Assembly (NCBI GenBank): GCA_965215015.1
Contig: OZ244042.1
Location: forward strand, 5,504,001-5,568,000
Direction of reading: 5' to 3'
Length of the DNA: 64,000 nucleotides
Source: Candidatus Poribacteria bacterium
Lineage (GTDB): Bacteria; Poribacteria; WGA-4E; PCPOR2b
Part shown: in pieces, positions 41,206 to 50,890 of the stretch
Numbering within the stretch: position 1 is the stretch's first letter
Layout: each line of letters begins with the position of its first letter
The notes under the pieces: generated by a model
Told to the model about the DNA's origin: nothing
Seen by the model: only the letters and a program-made list of their open reading frames with translations
Database searches by the model: none
Translations under genes and position numbers: made by a program

Positions 41206-42657
41206 GTGAAAACGGAAGATATTCATCGCACACAAACATCAATAGATTTATCATCGTACCCTATTTCACTATCAGCTATATCGACGAAGATTGCCAAAAA
41301 AAATGGGGGGCGGAAGCGACCTAAACGTGAGGCACATCAACCCGACCTATTCGTCCATCAATTGATGGACAATGTTCGGAAAATTGTGAATCCGTTTGGG
41401 GAGGAGGTTGTGCGGATTGATGGGGATATTCCTGTGGAATTACCTGTTAATGATGGCGATCAATTTCTGTTTATTAGCTACGATCAGACTCATCTCACTC
41501 ACGGATTGCACAAGTATCCTGCTAAATTTTTTCCCGAATTACCGCGTTGGTTAATCAAACGGTATTCTCAAGAAAACGATATGATACTCGATCCGTTTTC
41601 GGGGAGCGGGACGACAAATGTTGAGGCACTCTTACTGAACCGAAACTCTGTCGGTATTGATGTCGATCCATTTTCTCGCTTTATCTCAACTGTCAAGGTA
41701 ACACCCTTAGCTGAAAAGGAACTCATCGAAGCTCAAGAATCTCTGTTTAATGCCGTAGAAGGCTACCAACCCACTCTGGTATCAGAATTGGATATACCGT
41801 CCTTCCCTTACAGGGATAATTGGTTCAACAGAGAAATAATTTTAGAATTGGCTTACTTAAAAAAGATTATTGAGTCCCTTGATAAGAGTAAGCATGTTAA
41901 AGACTTCTTCAGAGTCTGTTTCTCCTCGATTATCCGTTCAGTATCCAACGCCGATGATAATTGCACGAGAACTGTAATTCGGAAGGTGCTGAACAAACAG
42001 GTCAATCCCTCCGATGCCCTGAAGAAATTTGTGGAAACGGTGCTAGTCAAAGTTCCCAAAATGATAGAATTTTCTCAAAACGTACCACAAGATATAACCG
42101 TAAATTTTCCAGAAAACATGGACGCACGGAATATTAAGTACGATGCGGGGACTTTTGACTTGGTTCTTACTTCGCCGCCGTATGTGAATGCAGTCGATTA
42201 TCCGAGAACCCATCAATTAGAGCTCTATTGGTTAGGGTTTGCCGATGGACCTTTAACGCCCTTAAAGAAAAAGCATGTCGGTACTGAAAGTGTTTCATCA
42301 CAGGATTATCGGACCTGCCATCAGATTGATGTGGCAGCGGCGGATAGTGTCATCGAGAAGATTTTTGAAAAGGACCCAAGACGCGCGTATATCGCTTTCA
42401 AATACTTAGACGATATGCAGAGAAATCTGTCTGAAGTTTATTCGGTATTACGCGATGGAGGACGATACATTATTGTCGTAGGCAATAACCGAATCCGTGG
42501 TCAGCTATTTGAAAGCTGGAAGTATCTGATGACCCTGGCAGAAAATATCGGATTTGATATTGAAAGCTATTTTGGATCAGAGATTATCAAACATTTCATT
42601 AAAGTACCCAGAGAGGAACAAATCAACACAGACTGGATTCTGGTACTCAGAAAATGA
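41206..42657 (+). CDS. Alpha-class N4-cytosine-type DNA methyltransferase, no nuclease adjacent
   Basis: HKYPAKFFPELP, LDPFSGSGTT, VLTSPPY; start uncertain. Confidence 0.9.
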   Translation: MKTEDIHRTQTSIDLSSYPISLSAISTKIAKKNGGRKRPKREAHQPDLFVHQLMDNVRKIVNPFGEEVVRIDGDIPVELPVNDGDQFLFISYDQTHLTHGLHKYPAKFFPELPRWLIKRYSQENDMILDPFSGSGTTNVEALLLNRNSVGIDVDPFSRFISTVKVTPLAEKELIEAQESLFNAVEGYQPTLVSELDIPSFPYRDNWFNREIILELAYLKKIIESLDKSKHVKDFFRVCFSSIIRSVSNADDNCTRTVIRKVLNKQVNPSDALKKFVETVLVKVPKMIEFSQNVPQDITVNFPENMDARNIKYDAGTFDLVLTSPPYVNAVDYPRTHQLELYWLGFADGPLTPLKKKHVGTESVSSQDYRTCHQIDVAAADSVIEKIFEKDPRRAYIAFKYLDDMQRNLSEVYSVLRDGGRYIIVVGNNRIRGQLFESWKYLMTLAENIGFDIESYFGSEIIKHFIKVPREEQINTDWILVLRK

Positions 42658-42702
42658 AGCAGAGGCATGTAGATTTCCTTACGTTTTACGTTCTACCTAT
42701 TC

Positions 42703-43194
42703 ATGCGCCCAGTTGTTGAACTTTTCATCCGTTGGATACACCTCATCGCTGCAATCGTTTGGGTTGGCGGAATCTTTTTTTCTGTTAGCGTTGCGACACC
42801 GATTCTGAGGCAGCATTTTCATCTCCTTGAAAGTGTCCAACACGCTTCTGTTATTCGGAATCGCCTGCGGCATATTATCCGTTTCACAATCCACATTCTC
42901 CTGATCACCGGTGCGATGAACCTGTTCATCGTCGGACTGAACACACAGATGCACTTTTCGCGAGGCTATGTCGTTGCGTTTATCGTAAAACTTGCCTGTG
43001 TCGGGCTGATGACTCTATTCCATAGCCTTCATATCGCCGTGTTCAATCGGAGGTTGGAATCCGCGGTGGCAAGCCCGAATTTTGACGATTTAGAGGTTTC
43101 TAAGTTGCAAAGAAGAGTAGACCTATTCGGAATTTTTACGATACTTGCTGGCCTTGTTGTGTTTGTGTTAGCTTTGAGTTTGAGGGTCGCTTGA
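42703..43194 (+). CDS. CopD/DUF4149-like four-TM membrane protein
   Basis: RWIHLIAAIVWVGG, LLITG, KL...H pattern. Confidence 0.75.
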   Translation: MRPVVELFIRWIHLIAAIVWVGGIFFSVSVATPILRQHFHLLESVQHASVIRNRLRHIIRFTIHILLITGAMNLFIVGLNTQMHFSRGYVVAFIVKLACVGLMTLFHSLHIAVFNRRLESAVASPNFDDLEVSKLQRRVDLFGIFTILAGLVVFVLALSLRVA

Positions 43195-43229
43195 TAAACG
43201 GAGAAAAGCATTATTAGGAAAGTAGACAG

Positions 43230-44531
43230 ATGGAAACGAAAGTCCAAGCCGTCTCATGGAATATCACACGGCTATGCAATCTCAAATGTATACACTGCTA
43301 TCTCCCCGCTGGATTTGTGGATACCAACGAATTTCCGAGCGGGTATTATCGCGATTCGGAGTTGACCCAATCCCAGTGTTTCCGCGTGATTGATGAGATT
43401 GCTGAAATCAATCCCAACATCCTTTTGATTCTCACAGGTGGCGAACCGTTGCTGCGTCCTGACATTTTGAAAATCTCAGATTACGCAGCTCGAACCGGGT
43501 TCTTAGTGGTGATGGGCACAAACGGCGTCCTGCTGAACGATGAAACGGTCCAGAGGATGAGCGATCACGGTGTTGCTGGTGCAGGCATCAGTTTGGATGC
43601 TGTGGATCCAGTCAATCACGACCAGTTTCGAGGAATGGAAGGGGCTTGGGAAGGCACGATGAACGGTGTCGAAGCTCTCAGGCGGGCAAACCTTGATTTC
43701 CTCGTCCAGACCTCTGTGACGCGTTGGAATTACGATGAGATTCCACAAATCGTTGATTTTGCCTATGAGCTCGGTGCGAAGGTGTTCAACCTCTATTTTC
43801 TCGTAAGAACCGGTAGAGGGAAAACAGTGATGGACATCACCCCTGCTCAATATGAGCGTATGCTCTCGACACTTTTTGAGTTGCAGGCGAAATATCGTGG
43901 CAAAATGCTCGTCGCAGCGAAGTGTGCACCACACTACAAGCGGGTCATCTATGAACAACAATCGGATTCGCCCTTTCTACAAGCCTATCCGAGCGGTACG
44001 TGTCCCTGTGGTATCTATTATTGCCGCATCACGCCTGAAGGTGATTTAACACCTTGCCCGTATATGCAGGTGAGCGTCGGCAATCTGAAGACAGAAAGTT
44101 TTGCGACCCTCTGGAATCAATCTAAAGTTTTTCAAGAGCTACGAGATCGGAAATTGTTGGAGGGTAAGTGTGGCACCTGCGAATTTCGAGACGTTTGCGG
44201 TGGTTGTCGCGCCCGCGCCTACGCGCTCACCGATAACTATCTCGCCGAAGATCCGTCCTGCGAATACCAACCGGGGCAGGCCGGAGGTCAAAACGTTCGG
44301 TTCGAGCAAACGACTCCCTTTGCGGCTGAAACTGACTACGAGCTACAATGGACAGATGCTGCACAACAAAGATTGCAGCGTGTTCCCTCCTTCGCACGAG
44401 GGATGGTCACTAAAAGCGTCGAAAAATACGCCCGTGAACACGGTTACAGTGAAATTACGCCGGAAATCATGAAAGCGGTCAAGAATCGGTTTGATAAAAC
44501 GGGAATCCCGTCTTTCACGCCTCGGCGGTAA
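43230..44531 (+). CDS. Radical SAM/SPASM enzyme of NirJ/AhbC-D type with C-terminal PCP_red domain
   Basis: WNITRLCNLKCIHC, TGGEPLLRPD, KCAPHY, CPCG...GDLTPCPY, CGTCEFRDVCGGCRARA, EDPSC; WTDAAQQRLQRVPSFARGM. Confidence 0.92.
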   Translation: METKVQAVSWNITRLCNLKCIHCYLPAGFVDTNEFPSGYYRDSELTQSQCFRVIDEIAEINPNILLILTGGEPLLRPDILKISDYAARTGFLVVMGTNGVLLNDETVQRMSDHGVAGAGISLDAVDPVNHDQFRGMEGAWEGTMNGVEALRRANLDFLVQTSVTRWNYDEIPQIVDFAYELGAKVFNLYFLVRTGRGKTVMDITPAQYERMLSTLFELQAKYRGKMLVAAKCAPHYKRVIYEQQSDSPFLQAYPSGTCPCGIYYCRITPEGDLTPCPYMQVSVGNLKTESFATLWNQSKVFQELRDRKLLEGKCGTCEFRDVCGGCRARAYALTDNYLAEDPSCEYQPGQAGGQNVRFEQTTPFAAETDYELQWTDAAQQRLQRVPSFARGMVTKSVEKYAREHGYSEITPEIMKAVKNRFDKTGIPSFTPRR

Positions 44532-44648
44532 AATATGGCTGATATATTTTCAGTACTTTTGCGTAAATCCTTATCTGTTCAGGGGTTCAAGAGTTGATCC
44601 ACGTTACACATCACGCATAATATCCGCACATTTGAGGAGAAAAAAATA

Positions 44649-45062
44649 ATGAACAGTGAAAACAAAGTAGAAGAACGATTATCCGCGGTTGAGGACCGGT
44701 TGAATCGTTTGGAAGATTTACTAATCGGTATTAGTCAGAAATTAGATCAGAAACCCCAACCGACCGCAGTTGACGAGGAAAAAGGGGAAGCACTCAAAGG
44801 TTGGGTGACTGATTACGTTTCAATGCGCTTGCAGCAGCTTGTGCCGGAAACGTGCGAACATCCCCATGCAGCTAAGGCGCAAGAAGGTCCATTCTTGGGT
44901 AACACCTCAATCCGTTGCACGGAGGAAGTCGTCCACCGCGTCAAACGCATCCCCATCCCATTTGTTCGGGAAATGGTTGTTCAGCGGGTCGCTGACAACG
45001 CCCAGCGTGCGAATGTGGAGGTAGTCGAGATTGACTTTTTTGAGAAAGCAGCAACTTTTTGA
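44649..45062 (+). CDS. Small coiled-coil protein with C-terminal PCP_red-like domain
   Basis: GAGGAG RBS; N-terminal heptad repeat; CTEEVVHRVKRIPIPFVREMV. Confidence 0.75.
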   Translation: MNSENKVEERLSAVEDRLNRLEDLLIGISQKLDQKPQPTAVDEEKGEALKGWVTDYVSMRLQQLVPETCEHPHAAKAQEGPFLGNTSIRCTEEVVHRVKRIPIPFVREMVVQRVADNAQRANVEVVEIDFFEKAATF

Positions 45063-45149
45063 CAATGCAAAGCAACGGAGGAGTTTCCTCTGCCACACTT
45101 CCACTGGGAGGATTTTTTAACATCTCCTCTCTGAGATGATTCCAATCCC

Positions 45150-45644
45150 ATGCCAACATACCCACTCCATAAAAATCAACAGAAAGCCTATCAAGTCTTG
45201 GCTACTCGCATTGATTCTAGGTCTGAGCACGGGACAATTTGCCTTGTCGGAGATTTTCAGTCCGGCAAAACGAACTTAGTCAAACATCTACTCAACGAGA
45301 AATTTGGCAACTCCACAGATTATTACGTAAACTTGAATCTGTATCTGCTTGATGAATTAAACAAACAGCGTGCATCAATCGCTTATGCTGGCGCAAAAGC
45401 AAAAATACACCTCCTGATACAAATCGCTATTGAAGACTTGCTAGAAAGACATTTCCAAACGCGCAATCTTCTCGTCCTTGATGCAATTGAAATAATATAT
45501 TCCTACGAGCTCAATCTTGTTGCGATTGCCGATCGCTTCACCCACAATGGTAAGTGCTGCATCATCTGCGTCCCTCAAAGCAAAAAGCAAAATTACTACT
45601 TTGACTTTAGCTGGGAACTTGCAGAGGCAATCCGAATTGACTGA
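45150..45644 (+). CDS. Small P-loop protein resembling BREX-3 BrxF, isolated
   Basis: LVGDFQSGKT Walker A, YVNLNL, LLVLDAIEII Walker B, 164 aa. Confidence 0.55.
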   Translation: MPTYPLHKNQQKAYQVLATRIDSRSEHGTICLVGDFQSGKTNLVKHLLNEKFGNSTDYYVNLNLYLLDELNKQRASIAYAGAKAKIHLLIQIAIEDLLERHFQTRNLLVLDAIEIIYSYELNLVAIADRFTHNGKCCIICVPQSKKQNYYFDFSWELAEAIRID

Positions 45645-45955
45645 AAATGGAATTGAGAGTGTTTGTGCGGCTGCCGTCAAGGCCCGATAGAGTCCCTTCT
45701 ATCTAATCTCCCGAGTCTCTTTACCTATTTGCACATTTCTTTCTGACTTTGGTGTTGACTGAAATTGCGGCATGTGATATAGTTGTTTAGTGATGTTATA
45801 ATTGATAACCTTCCTTGATATTGAGGGGGCTTGGCAGCGCGAATACAATCCAAGTAAGCTCCAAAGATTGGAGATAAACTGCAAATGATTGTATGCTCGC
45901 GAGTGCTAACACCAAGCTCACACAACCTACCTATACCACCAGATTGGAAAGATTC

Positions 45956-46468
45956 ATGAGTAAGCGAGCTGAAATCGCTAACGACCGAGCCATTAAATAT
46001 TGGGAACAGAATCGCTTTGACGAGGCTATTGCTCAATGGGAACAAATCGTTCGTAAAGATCCGAATCTTGCGGAGATACACTATAACCTTGGAAATGCTT
46101 ACATGTACCAAGACAACATTGAAAGGGCAATCGAAGCATTTAAGCGGGCACTGTCTATCGATCCTGCCCTGCCTGAAGCGTACAACAAGTTGGGGATCAT
46201 CTGTTACAAGCAAGGTAATGTAGAACTAGCGTGCGCCTGTTGGAAGCAGGCATTAAAGATTAATCCGGACTTTGAAGAAGTGCACCACAATATGGGATTA
46301 ATCCAAAATACCCCTCAGTTTGACGTGGATGACGAAATACCTGCACACCAGCATGCAACAGAGGATGATGCAAAAGATGATAAAAACGCAAGTATTGAGG
46401 ATGACAACGAGCTACCCACATGGAGAAACCGAATTCGCCAAGGTTGGGGAGCGTTCCGAAGAAAATAA
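45956..46468 (+). CDS. Tetratricopeptide repeat protein
   Basis: HYNLGNAY...A...FKRAL..DP and AYNKLG...A...WKQAL..NP repeats; ORF track start 45893 also possible. Confidence 0.88.
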   Translation: MSKRAEIANDRAIKYWEQNRFDEAIAQWEQIVRKDPNLAEIHYNLGNAYMYQDNIERAIEAFKRALSIDPALPEAYNKLGIICYKQGNVELACACWKQALKINPDFEEVHHNMGLIQNTPQFDVDDEIPAHQHATEDDAKDDKNASIEDDNELPTWRNRIRQGWGAFRRK

Positions 46469-46650
46469 AGCCGTTTCCATGATAGGGAAATGATTAAAAC
46501 AAGATCTACCGATCTGGATCGATTTTCTGAATGAGGCGGCGTAATTTTTTATCTAGTTCTGTTATCTGAAACTGTACAGGCAAGCTTCTAAATCTCGTTG
46601 ATGAAATCATGAGTCAATTGTTGGTATATAAAAATAAAACCCTTCATTGA

Positions 46651-46900
46651 TAGGACTTACGCAGTTCGTTCAAACCCTCGTAGTTCGATGATGAATCACC
46701 GGCAATACAACTCACGCTGCCCGATGAATCGGGCGGTGACTGTGAATCCCAAAGTAGTAGGCACGCTCCGCGCGCCCTCCCCCTGCTTGTGGGGGGTGAG
46801 GGTTCTTAGCAAGGGAAGGGGGTACGGCATACAGCATATGCCGACTCCCTTAAAGACGCGTAATGAACGCGTTAGGACAAACTCAAGTGCATAACTCCTA
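46651..46900. mobile_element. MITE, 250 bp, 13-bp TIRs, 5-bp TSD ATTGA, containing an inverted REP pair
   Basis: TAGGACTTACGCA ... TGCATAACTCCTA; ATTGA at 46646-46650 and 46901-46905; REP-like copies at 46754-46776 and 46823-46848. Confidence 0.85.
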
Positions 46901-46921
46901 ATTGAATTTGTTCAGCCCAAT

Positions 46922-46953
46922 AAAAAAAGCTCCCAATCGCTTGGGAGCTTTTT
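46922..46953 (-). terminator. Intrinsic terminator downstream of the cold-shock gene (probably bidirectional)
   Basis: AAAAAAAGCTCCCAA-TCGC-TTGGGAGCTTTTT. Confidence 0.85.
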
Positions 46954-46996
46954 CCCCGGTTTCATTTTCTATATAGTATTGTCAGCTTTATCAATC

Positions 46997-47197
46997 TCAA
47001 AGCCTTCTGACTTCTTCGGCCTGAAGCCCTTTTTGTCCTTCCACGACGTTGAATTCAACCTCTTGCCCTTCATCAAGGGTTTTGAAGCCAGTTCCTTCGA
47101 TGTTGGAATAGTGGACGAAGACATCTTGCCCTTCATCGGTTACGATAAACCCGTAACCTTTCTGATCGCTGAACCATTTCACTCGACCTGTTGCCAT
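46997..47197 (-). CDS. cspA: Cold-shock protein
   Basis: [30 protein letters not shown]; AGGAGG RBS. Confidence 0.96.
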   Translation of the reverse strand: MATGRVKWFSDQKGYGFIVTDEGQDVFVHYSNIEGTGFKTLDEGQEVEFNVVEGQKGLQAEEVRRL

Positions 47198-47357
47198 CGG
47201 TGTGTACCTCCTTTCCTGAAGATTCAAAACTGCAAATGAAAATCAAGTCTTAGCGCTAAGAGGTACAAAATACAGCATACAGCCGGGGAAATGCTTCCAT
47301 TTGAACCTAACATCACTTTTTGAACTTTCTTTAATCCATTGTACAGTTGCGAATACA

Positions 47358-47386
47358 ATTATACTTGATTCAAAACAGGAATGCAA
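47358..47386 (-). promoter_or_regulatory. Sigma70-type promoter for the csp gene
   Basis: TTGCAT-17 nt-TATAAT on the minus strand, giving a 5' UTR of about 150 nt as is typical of csp genes. Confidence 0.7.
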
Positions 47387-47515
47387 GGAAGAATTCTGAT
47401 GGCGATGAAAGTATTCGACAGTAGATCCAATCTTGAATTTGCACGGCGCGATAAACTTTTCGGTTCCATATCCCTCATTTTTTTGCTAGGAAGTCTTTAT
47501 CCGCTCTAGTTGTAC

Positions 47516-48277
47516 CTAATGTTGTAGCGTTTGGGAAATGAAAAGCCGAGTACGTTCATTCTGAGGGGTATCGAAGAAAGCCTCCGGTGCTGCCTCCTCG
47601 ACAATTGCTCCTTCATCGATGAAGATAATCCGATCCGCCACCTCACGGGCAAACCCCATCTCATGTGTAACAACCAGCATCGTCATGCCAGACGCGGCTA
47701 ACTCACGCATCACATCCAAAACTTCGTTAATCATCTCAGGGTCAAGGGCACTTGTCGGCTCGTCGAACAGCATAATTTTGGGCTGCATTGCCAAAGCTCT
47801 TGCAATTGCGACACGCTGTTGTTGTCCTCCCGAAATCTGGGCGGGAAATTTGTGAGCATGTTCTTTAATGCCGACCCGCTCTAATAACCCTAAAGCCTCC
47901 GATTCTGCCTCACTTTTTGTCATCTTCTTCACCCAGATAGGACTTAACGTGACATTTTGCAGGACAGTTAGGTGGGGAAACAGGTTGAACTGCTGGAACA
48001 CCATGCCGACCTCTTGGCGGATACGTTCTATATTACGGAGATCATCACTGAGTTCGATACCATCAACGATGATGCGCCCCCTTTGGTGCACCTCCAGACG
48101 GTTTATCGTACGGATGAGTGTGGACTTGCCCGACCCCGAAGGGCCGCATATCACAACCTTTTCTCCTTTTTTGAATGTGGTAGTAATTCCTTTAAGTACA
48201 TGGAAATCATCGAACCATTTATGGACATCCTCACAGATAATAATTGAATCCTCCAGACTATTTTCAAGGTTAGCCAC
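47516..48277 (-). CDS. aapP: Polar amino acid ABC transporter ATP-binding protein
   Basis: [39 protein letters not shown]. Confidence 0.92.
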   Translation of the reverse strand: MANLENSLEDSIIICEDVHKWFDDFHVLKGITTTFKKGEKVVICGPSGSGKSTLIRTINRLEVHQRGRIIVDGIELSDDLRNIERIRQEVGMVFQQFNLFPHLTVLQNVTLSPIWVKKMTKSEAESEALGLLERVGIKEHAHKFPAQISGGQQQRVAIARALAMQPKIMLFDEPTSALDPEMINEVLDVMRELAASGMTMLVVTHEMGFAREVADRIIFIDEGAIVEEAAPEAFFDTPQNERTRLFISQTLQH

Positions 48278-48321
48278 TGCTTTATCTCTCCCTTCCTAGT
48301 ATACGCGAGGCAATCTCGTTC

Positions 48322-49512
48322 CTACCCGACTCCCAGTGCTCCTTCAATCTTCTGACTCATATATGACATTGAGTAACTAAAAACAAAATAGACCATTGCA
48401 GCGAATAGGTATACCTCAGCTTGTAGTCCCAACCAGTCAGGATTTGCAATAACCGTTTTGGCTATACCCAATAGATCAAGCAGCCCGATGACAGCGACTA
48501 ACGATGTATCCTTAAAGAGACTGATGAACTGCCCGACAATTGCCGGGATAACAGAGCGAAGTGCCTGCGGTAGAATGATCAGTAACATGGTAAGTGGATA
48601 GTTGAGGCCCAGCGCATGGGCAGCCTCATACTGTCCTTTTGGAAGTGATTGAAGTCCTCCACGGACATTTTCTGCCATGTAAGCCGCTGAAAAAAGGGTA
48701 ATACCGAGCATCGCCCGTAAGATTTTGTCAATGCGAAAATCGGGCAGAAAAATCGGGACCATGATCTGTGCCATGAACAGAATTGTTACCAAAGGCACCC
48801 CCCGTACTGTCTCGATATACGCTGTCGAAACCCATTTAATCGTAGGGAGATTGCTCCGCCGGCCGAGGGCTAAAAGAACTCCGAGTGGAAAAGAGACAAC
48901 GATACCCACAGCTGCTAGGATAAGTGTCAGGAGAAGCCCCCCCCAGTTACTTGTAAAAACAGTAGGCAGACCACCGAACCCGTGCAGCCATATCATCGTC
49001 CAAGGAAATGATAACAACCAACCGCCCAGAACCCAAAAGCGTAGCCCTCTTCTGCCGCGTCCCAGAAAAAGGGAGGCGGCCAGCAACACTACCCCCCCCA
49101 AAAGACCAAATCTACTCGACAAAGGTGCAGGGCAAAAGGCTAGGATAATTCCAATTCCCCCTCCAACCCCCCCGATAACAAGGGCAAGTCGGAGGGCTAA
49201 CCCTCCCCAGATTCCGGCACTCAATCCCGTCAGGACACCCAAAGTATAAATTACAACCCATACACGCCATATCTCCGCTCTCGGATAAGCACCAACTAGA
49301 AAAATTTGCAGGTTGGCGGGTATAACGTTCCAGTTTGCCTCCGTGAATCCCCAAGTCAAAATACCCTTAAAAACAATGTACAAAAATCCAACAGCTAAAA
49401 CGGTGAGAAGCGTGTTATACCAAGTGTTAAAAAGGTGCTCCTTCAACCACCGTAATATACCCTTTGATTCAATTGGCGGTTTAATCGCTTGATTAGGTTC
49501 TTGTGCTTTCAC
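48322..49512 (-). CDS. aapM: Amino acid ABC transporter permease
   Basis: NWGGLLLTL, RGVPLVTILF, AENVRGGLQ, FKDTSL. Confidence 0.9.
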   Translation of the reverse strand: MKAQEPNQAIKPPIESKGILRWLKEHLFNTWYNTLLTVLAVGFLYIVFKGILTWGFTEANWNVIPANLQIFLVGAYPRAEIWRVWVVIYTLGVLTGLSAGIWGGLALRLALVIGGVGGGIGIILAFCPAPLSSRFGLLGGVVLLAASLFLGRGRRGLRFWVLGGWLLSFPWTMIWLHGFGGLPTVFTSNWGGLLLTLILAAVGIVVSFPLGVLLALGRRSNLPTIKWVSTAYIETVRGVPLVTILFMAQIMVPIFLPDFRIDKILRAMLGITLFSAAYMAENVRGGLQSLPKGQYEAAHALGLNYPLTMLLIILPQALRSVIPAIVGQFISLFKDTSLVAVIGLLDLLGIAKTVIANPDWLGLQAEVYLFAAMVYFVFSYSMSYMSQKIEGALGVG

Positions 49513-49527
49513 GTGCTTCTTTTCCTC

Positions 49528-50712
49528 TCATCGTCCGATCCGATTAATCCGGCGATTGTACCAATTCATATACGCCGATGTTGTCAAGCTGATGCACAGG
49601 TAGCTCATCATGATCATTGCAAAAATAGGGATGGATTGTCCGGTTTGATTCATCATTGTGTTGCCGACGTTAAACAGATCTGGGAAGCCGATTGCGACAG
49701 CTAAACTGGAGTTTTTGGTGAGATTCAGGTACTGACTGGTGAGGGGCGGCGCGATCACGCGCAAAGCTTGGGGTAGAATAACCAACCTCAGCGTTTGAAA
49801 TTCACTCAGACCTATTGCCTTAGCTGCTTCCTGTTGTCCCTTCGCCACGGACTGTATACCACTTCTCACTACTTCGGCGATGAAAGCCCCGGTATAAATT
49901 ACAAGCCCAATTAAAAGGGCAGCAAATTCCGGAGACAGATATATGCCTCCGACGAAGTTAAATCCCTTCAAAGCCGGCAACTCCCAAGTAAACGGCTTCC
50001 CTGGTGTCAGAAACCAGCCCAAAATAGCTGCCAACAGAAACGCCGGCAGTGCCCACTTTGCAGCGAACCCGGGCTGTTCCATCTGTCGAAGCGTCCTCAG
50101 TCGTACGAGATAGAGAGCCAGTGCAAAAATGAATCCTACAGCGAGGTAGCCGAGCCAAATCTTCACACCCGATGTGGGTTGCGGTGAGGGAAGATATACC
50201 CCTCGTTGATTAATGAATACACTTCCGAAGAATGTGAAACTCTTCCGTACCGAGGGAAGCTGAAGAATTACCGCAGTATACCAAAACAAAATCTGTAGTA
50301 GGAGCGGGATATTGCGGAAACATTCGACGTAAATAGCTGCTATATTTCTGACCAGCCAATTGCTTGATAGCCGAGCGATGCCAACAACAAGTCCCAAGAT
50401 TGTGGCGCATACAATCCCTATGATGCTAACCCTTATGGTGTTTACCACGCCCACCCAAAACGCCCTTAGATAGGTATTTGAAGGCTCATAAGCGATCCCT
50501 TCAGCTATCCCAAACCCGGCTTCATCCTTAAGAAAACTGAGATTTAAAGTCAAGCCAAGACCGCGCAATCCTTTCAACATATTTGTGTAGAAAATGCCAG
50601 CCAATAGGATGACTCCAATAAGGAAGATGACCTGGAACAGCACACGCAGGACACGAATATCCCGCCAGAAAGGTATTTTATCTGAAGCACTTTTGGGTGA
50701 GTTGTTTTTCAT
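49528..50712 (-). CDS. aapQ: Amino acid ABC transporter permease
   Basis: GIARLSSNWL, FRNIPLLLQ, AEVVRSGI, KNSSLAVAIG. Confidence 0.9.
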   Translation of the reverse strand: MKNNSPKSASDKIPFWRDIRVLRVLFQVIFLIGVILLAGIFYTNMLKGLRGLGLTLNLSFLKDEAGFGIAEGIAYEPSNTYLRAFWVGVVNTIRVSIIGIVCATILGLVVGIARLSSNWLVRNIAAIYVECFRNIPLLLQILFWYTAVILQLPSVRKSFTFFGSVFINQRGVYLPSPQPTSGVKIWLGYLAVGFIFALALYLVRLRTLRQMEQPGFAAKWALPAFLLAAILGWFLTPGKPFTWELPALKGFNFVGGIYLSPEFAALLIGLVIYTGAFIAEVVRSGIQSVAKGQQEAAKAIGLSEFQTLRLVILPQALRVIAPPLTSQYLNLTKNSSLAVAIGFPDLFNVGNTMMNQTGQSIPIFAMIMMSYLCISLTTSAYMNWYNRRINRIGR

Positions 50713-50890
50713 AGTGTTGTACGGCTTTAACGATTACGCTTTTGTATTGTGTGTTGTTAATCATTGATTTTGCGTATTCGCAGGTTAATTACCTAAATAT
50801 TCGTCCAAAATTATATCTCCATTGAAGGGCAAAACTCATTCCAACCTGTCCAAAGAAATGGAGGTAATCGCGCTGCATTCGTGAAATTGG

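Noticed and set aside
35223-45062. Photosynthesis or chlorophyll synthesis implied by PCP_red domains
   Set aside because: Only the short C-terminal tail domain is present; no BchL/N/B catalytic domains or other bch/chl genes are in the window
46688-46894. 68-aa ORF
   Set aside because: Lies entirely within the MITE/REP element and is most likely spurious
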